Shown piece after piece: positions 59,098 to 64,000 of a stretch of DNA of 64,000 nt (positions within the stretch are counted from its first letter, which is position 1; each line of letters begins with the position of its first letter). Origin of the DNA: Verrucomicrobiia bacterium (GTDB taxonomy: Bacteria; Verrucomicrobiota; Verrucomicrobiia; Limisphaerales; UBA1319); NCBI GenBank assembly GCA_963664225.1, contig OY760937.1:3040001-3104000 (forward strand). The letters run 5' to 3'. The notes beneath the pieces were generated by a model. It was not told the origin of the DNA. It searched no databases and worked only from the letters and a program-made list of their open reading frames with translations. A program made the translations under genes and the position numbers.

Positions 59098-60372
59098 ATG
59101 AAGTCATCCATATATAATCACAAGGAAGAGGCGAGTATTCTGGTAACCGCGCTCCTCACAATCACCGTGCTGATGGTCAGCATGGGGGCGTTTCTTAGTC
59201 TGGTTTCTTATCAATTGCGGAGTGACACCCGCTCGGAGTGCTGGAACATGGCGATAGCCGTGGCGGAGGCCGGTGTTGAAGAAGGGCACGCCCATCTTAA
59301 CCAGAACGGGCTGTCGAATCTTGTCTCCAACGGCTGGACGTCCACGGGTACCAATACTGTTTTCAAAACACGCCGACTTGGAAGCAACTATTTTTCAGTC
59401 ACCATTTTTTCAAACAGACTTGCCAGGATTGTTTCCGAGGGGGCGGTTTGGGTGCCTGCAAGCACCGGCTCAAACTATGTCACTCGCAAGGTGGAAGTAA
59501 CCGTGAAGAATCCCGGGATCCTCAGAAATGCCCTCCTGCTGCTTAATTCAGTCGGTGGAAATGGTGGAAACCCGATCATCGACAGCTTCAGCTCCACCAA
59601 CGGGCCTTATACCCTGGCCACCCGTCGGGATAATGCCGACATCCAATGCCTCGGCACGAATTCCGGTTGTGTGGATGTCGGTAATTCGAAAGTGTATGGG
59701 AAGATAAACACACTGCCGACCGGGTCCGTCATCTGTGCAAACGGGGCCATCGGGGACACGAACTGGAATGCCACACAAACCGGGATTGAGCCAGGCTGGG
59801 TTGACAATAGTATGAGGGTTTTTCCTGTGCCCGACGCACCCGTGGCTGCATTCACAGGGAGTTTCCCTGACAAGGGAAGCTATCAGGGCACCAATTATTC
59901 TTACGTCATGGGCACCGGTAAATACTACCTATCCTCTCTCAACCTGAGTGGCCAGGGTAACATGATTGTAACCGGCGACGCCCAACTGCGCATCTCCAAC
60001 TCCATAAAAATAGCAGGTCAGGGCTGCATCATCATTGCGTCCAATGCCTCTCTCACTATTTATATGGAAGGATCATCGGCATCCCTCAGCGGGCTTGGCA
60101 TCATTAATCAAAATGGTCTGGCCTCAAAATACATGTTCTATGGGAGCACGAATACCACCTCCATAGATGTCACAGGCAACGGAGATGCTTACGGGGTTTA
60201 CTATGCTCCTCAGGCGGATATGAAGCTTTCGGGCAACGGCTCCTTCTGCGGGGCTTTTGTCGCCAAATCTGTCAACAATGGCGGAGGCGCGTCCATTCAC
60301 TACGACGAGGAACTTGCCAAGCTGGACGTGGGAAATTACGAGTGGACCATCGATAGCTGGAACGAGCTGTAA
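59098..60372 (+). CDS. PilX/GspK-like protein with beta-rich C-terminal domain
   Basis: ASILVTALL, AIAVAEAGVEEG, YYAPQAD, IHYDEEL, SWNEL. Confidence 0.75.
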   Translation: MKSSIYNHKEEASILVTALLTITVLMVSMGAFLSLVSYQLRSDTRSECWNMAIAVAEAGVEEGHAHLNQNGLSNLVSNGWTSTGTNTVFKTRRLGSNYFSVTIFSNRLARIVSEGAVWVPASTGSNYVTRKVEVTVKNPGILRNALLLLNSVGGNGGNPIIDSFSSTNGPYTLATRRDNADIQCLGTNSGCVDVGNSKVYGKINTLPTGSVICANGAIGDTNWNATQTGIEPGWVDNSMRVFPVPDAPVAAFTGSFPDKGSYQGTNYSYVMGTGKYYLSSLNLSGQGNMIVTGDAQLRISNSIKIAGQGCIIIASNASLTIYMEGSSASLSGLGIINQNGLASKYMFYGSTNTTSIDVTGNGDAYGVYYAPQADMKLSGNGSFCGAFVAKSVNNGGGASIHYDEELAKLDVGNYEWTIDSWNEL

Positions 60373-60608
60373 CCTTTGTTGCGACTTTTGGGGAGGCAAC
60401 TTTCCATGGCATCGCCCGGTCTTTCGGTTGGCGCCCCACATCATCGTGCCAACCGGTTTGCAAGGCTCCGCAGAATAAGATCACACATAAATCTTCCGCC
60501 GGGCTGGCCGTTTCCACAGACCCGCCAAAATCCCGGCGACCGACCAGTGCGGTTTTTGGCCCTTGCATTTGGCCCGATCGTGGCCCAAGTTGATCGAGCG
60601 AACAACGA

Positions 60609-61913
60609 TTGAAAGCTTTAATAGAAACAGCCAACCGGCGGACGGAACGTGCGTTCCTGGTGGGCGTTGAATCTGGAACACGCACGACACTGGAAGTGGC
60701 AGACAGTTTGGACGAGCTGGAGCAACTCGCTGAGACGGCGGGGGGGGAGGTGGTGGGGCGCGGCGTTCAAAAGATAGAGTCCCCCACGGCAGCCACATTC
60801 ATCGGGTCGGGCAAGGCCCGCGAATTTGCCGACCAATGCGCAGCCGAGGACATCGATACCGTGATTTTTGACGATGAACTCTCCGCCGCCCAGGGGCGCA
60901 ACCTCGAAAAAGTCTTCAACATCAAGGTTCTTGATCGCACGGCGCTGATTCTCGATATTTTTGCCCAACGCGCGCGCACCCGCGAGGGTAAATTGCAGGT
61001 CGAACTGGCCTTGCTCCATCATTTGCTGCCCCGGCTGACACGTTTCTGGGGCCACTTGTCCCGTCAGAAGGGCGGCATCGGCATGCGCGGCGAGGGCGAA
61101 ACGCAGTTGGAGACGGACCGCCGGAAGGTCCAGGAACGCATCCTCAAGCTCACCGAGGAACTGCGCGCGGTGCGCCAGCATCGGCTCACGCAGCGCGAGG
61201 GCCGCCAGCGCAACATCTGGCCGCTGGCTTCCATTGTCGGTTACACCAACGCCGGCAAGTCCACGCTGTTCAACGCGTTGACGGGCAGTGCGGTGCTGGC
61301 CGAGGACAAGCTTTTCGCAACGCTCGACCCCACCACGCGCCGCCTGCATCTGGAGACCAAGCAGGACGTTTTATTGTCGGACACGGTCGGTTTCATCCGC
61401 AAATTACCGCACCGGCTCGTGGAGGCCTTCAAGGCCACGCTCGAAGAAGTGGTGCAGGCCGATTTGCTGTTGCATGTAGTGGATGCGAGCCATCCTCTGG
61501 CGCTTAATCAAATCCTGGCGGTCAACCAGGTCCTCACGGAAATCGGCGCGAGCGGCAAGCCGACCCTGATGATTCTCAATAAAATCGATCGCTTCGAGAA
61601 TCCCGACGTTCTGGCGCGCTTTCAGGAGCAGTTCCCCAATGCGGTCGGCATCTCCGCCAAAACGGGCGCCGGGTTTCCCGCGTTGCTGGATGAATTGAGC
61701 AAGGCCCTGCGACCCATTCGCCGGCTTGTGGCGTTAACGATTCCCCATGAAGGTTCGCAGATCATCGCCCGCCTGCACGCGGTGGCGCAGGTGGTGGAAC
61801 GGGATTATGATGGACCCGCAGCGCGGTTCAAGGCCCGGATTCCCCCACATCTCATGCACGAATTTGAGCCTTTCCTGGAGCCTGAGGTTGAGGCGATTCC
61901 AACCGCTGTTTAG
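60609..61913 (+). CDS. hflX: GTPase HflX
   Basis: LILDIFAQRA, GEGETQLETDRR, VGYTNAGKSTL, LFATLD, DTVGFI, NKID; TTG start. Confidence 0.96.
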   Translation: MKALIETANRRTERAFLVGVESGTRTTLEVADSLDELEQLAETAGGEVVGRGVQKIESPTAATFIGSGKAREFADQCAAEDIDTVIFDDELSAAQGRNLEKVFNIKVLDRTALILDIFAQRARTREGKLQVELALLHHLLPRLTRFWGHLSRQKGGIGMRGEGETQLETDRRKVQERILKLTEELRAVRQHRLTQREGRQRNIWPLASIVGYTNAGKSTLFNALTGSAVLAEDKLFATLDPTTRRLHLETKQDVLLSDTVGFIRKLPHRLVEAFKATLEEVVQADLLLHVVDASHPLALNQILAVNQVLTEIGASGKPTLMILNKIDRFENPDVLARFQEQFPNAVGISAKTGAGFPALLDELSKALRPIRRLVALTIPHEGSQIIARLHAVAQVVERDYDGPAARFKARIPPHLMHEFEPFLEPEVEAIPTAV

Positions 61914-61969
61914 CTCGTTGGGATAGCCGATAGCCCTTTGGAGTTCGGGACGCGGGTTAATGCGCCAGG

Positions 61970-63220
61970 CTAAAGCTTGAACTGCGGTATCCTCATCAGC
62001 TCCCCGCCCTTCATGGCGGAGGCGTGAGCCACGATGCCGCCCACGGTCATGTTCAGCGCCTGTGCAATATCCACCAGCGGTTTGCGATTCTGAAGAATGG
62101 CCGTGACGAACTCGTTCATGAGAAAGCCGTGCGATCCACCGTGGCCGCCAAGGTCCACCCCGGGCGGAAGCGGCGGACGAATCAGGTCCGGCAGATTCTT
62201 TTCCAGGCCTTCATATTGGGCGTAATAGGAGCCTTTCTGGCCGCGGATGCGGCCCATTTCACCCCCGTAACCGGGCGAATCCCAACTCACCCCCATGCGC
62301 GCCATGCCCCCTTCGCTGGTCCGGAATAGCGCGATTTCCGTGCCAAAGGGATTCTGATAGGGATTGTTGGCCGGCTGCAAATGCGCGATCTGGCTCGTCA
62401 TGCCCATGCACGAGACTTCGGTGAAACTGCCGCCGGACACACCCACATAATACGCGTTTGAATGGGTGGGATACCATTGCGGCGGCAATCCAATACGCCA
62501 ACCCTTGTAGGAATCAATCGGGGTGTCCATGTAGTGGAAGTATTCCCCTTCGGCATAAATCAACTTTCCGAGCCCTCCGGCATTGTAAATCTGCCGCATT
62601 CCGTAGAGGTCCTCGTGAAAATACGAGGTCTCGAACATCATGTATTTCAGGCCGCTCGCCTTGACCGCCTCAAACAGTTTGTGCGCATCCTCCAGCGACC
62701 CAAACACCGCTGGCACCGCCGATGCGACGTGCTTTCCGTGCTTCAAGACCTCGATGCAATGCCGCGCATGACTGGGAGCGTCCGTGGCCACGAACACCGC
62801 CTCTATGCGGTCATCCTTTACCAATTCCTCCAGCGAGGGATACGTTTTCGCGCAACGGGTCACCTTCGCCAGTTCCTCACAACGCTCGGGAATCAAGTCG
62901 CTCACGGCAACAACCTCCACGTTTGGATGATCCTGAAAGCCGAAAGCGGAAGCGAACTTGCAGACGCCATTGCCGACCAGTCCCACACGAATCTTGCGGT
63001 CGGAAACAGGTTTCCACCCCTTGGAAACGTCCATAGTGGTGAGCGCTTTCTCGAAGCCCTGAACCACCTTCTCCTGCGCCCGGGCCGTCGGCGTGACCGC
63101 CAGGGCCGCAGAGCCCAGCCCGACGGCCTGCAGGAACGAGCGTCGCGTGATGGAATTGATTGGGGATGGTTTCTCTGAGGCTGCGGAGACTTCATACCGG
63201 GGTTGGGGGTCGCTTTGCAT
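61970..63220 (-). CDS. Gfo/Idh/MocA oxidoreductase, Tat-exported
   Basis: TRRSFLQ twin-arginine signal, IRVGLVG, VFVATDAPSH, GHGGSH. Confidence 0.88.
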   Translation of the reverse strand: MQSDPQPRYEVSAASEKPSPINSITRRSFLQAVGLGSAALAVTPTARAQEKVVQGFEKALTTMDVSKGWKPVSDRKIRVGLVGNGVCKFASAFGFQDHPNVEVVAVSDLIPERCEELAKVTRCAKTYPSLEELVKDDRIEAVFVATDAPSHARHCIEVLKHGKHVASAVPAVFGSLEDAHKLFEAVKASGLKYMMFETSYFHEDLYGMRQIYNAGGLGKLIYAEGEYFHYMDTPIDSYKGWRIGLPPQWYPTHSNAYYVGVSGGSFTEVSCMGMTSQIAHLQPANNPYQNPFGTEIALFRTSEGGMARMGVSWDSPGYGGEMGRIRGQKGSYYAQYEGLEKNLPDLIRPPLPPGVDLGGHGGSHGFLMNEFVTAILQNRKPLVDIAQALNMTVGGIVAHASAMKGGELMRIPQFKL

Positions 63221-63868
63221 GAGTTATCAATAGGTCCGCCCTCCCGGTCGCGTCAACCCACAAAAAAGCTAAAAACCGTATTCCAAAACAGGAATCAAAG
63301 GGGCTTGTAAAGGGCCATGGCCTGGGACCCGGTTACTGCCTCCCAAAAACGGATTAACTTGCGCGATATATATCGTTATAGTTGCAGAGTCCGTTGAGGC
63401 ATTGAAAAACCATTGGGGAGCGGGATTCAGAACTGTGGCGACAAATCAGAAGAATATTGGACGATACCCGGTGGTGCCCAAAGCGGGAAGACCTTCGCAA
63501 GTGGTTGCCGCTGAAAAGGAAATCACCGTCCGACTTCACGCCTTAAAAAAGGGCGCATTTTGGCGCGAAAAAGTTTTGACAATTTCTCCATTTTCGCACC
63601 GTCGAAATCTCGTTATTTTGGATGAAATCAAGCCGATATTTAACGATTTCACTTTTTTTAAGAATTCGCTTGCTGCCACTACCTGTAGTGCTAGTTTGCC
63701 GTGGTAATACCACTAAATGGGGTATCTACGCTTTTGTAGGGTGTAGAGATCCCGGTATTGAAACAACCAAGATTTTTAACTCCGATCTGATGTTTTACGC
63801 AATACGCGGCTGGGTTTGTCATGCCCGGATTGGCGCGCTGCTCCAGAGCGGAAGAGTGAAGGAAAGAT

Positions 63869-64000
63869 ATGTTGGATGCCCAGGAAGAAATGATCAAACC
63901 GACGAACGGAACCTCACGGGCTCGCGCGTCCAAAGCGAACCGCAACCGTGCTCAGGAGCCCGCCCATGATGCGGCTCCCAGGAAGTTGCAGTTAGGCTTG
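63869..64000 (+). CDS. Possible 5' end of a gene running off the window
   Basis: GAAGGAAAG then ATG; frame open to the window end (MLDAQEEMIKPTNG...). Confidence 0.3.
   Translation, partial: MLDAQEEMIKPTNGTSRARASKANRNRAQEPAHDAAPRKLQLGL

Noticed and set aside
63221..63868. tRNA or other ncRNA in the terminal AT-rich spacer
   Set aside because: No cloverleaf or known RNA motif recognised; likely a divergent promoter region

Overview
GC-rich bacterial chromosomal window whose gene content and style point to Verrucomicrobiota, probably Pedosphaera/Limisphaera-like (inferred from a PEP-CTERM relic, an ECF sigma factor with a C-terminal extension, futalosine-pathway mqnA, Tat-exported Gfo/Idh/MocA enzymes and a minor-pilin trio). 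It holds about 38 protein genes. These include a short secretin followed by a sensor kinase and NtrC-type regulator, a DEDDh exonuclease, GH43 and GH106-like glycosidases, sppA, a large PAS hybrid kinase, NfeD, a DUF362-like protein, a GAF-sigma54 activator divergent from a thioredoxin/CBM48/RND efflux operon, a SWIM-SNF2 helicase, a PilC/GspF protein, a CobW-like GTPase with an aquaporin, a beta-propeller protein, leuA, mqnA, galE, a three-gene secreted CAZyme-like cluster, ygiD, a ZIP transporter, three pilin-like genes and hflX. I recognised no rRNA, tRNA, CRISPR array or intact transposase. The most unusual structure is at 4.4-12.8 kb: a DUF559 endonuclease gene bracketed by ~117-bp hairpin-bearing direct repeats, nested between two copies of a ~175-bp element that precede the two glycosidase genes, plus REP/MITE-like hairpin elements and two apparent degenerate integron-type cassettes. 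Other notable items are a complete, apparently leaderless leucine attenuator, a Cys4-motif GAF sigma54 activator with a 22-bp palindrome, an aquaporin with an in-frame TGA at codon 5, and Thr-Asn enrichment in exported proteins. All family calls come from motif recognition by eye; no searches were run.
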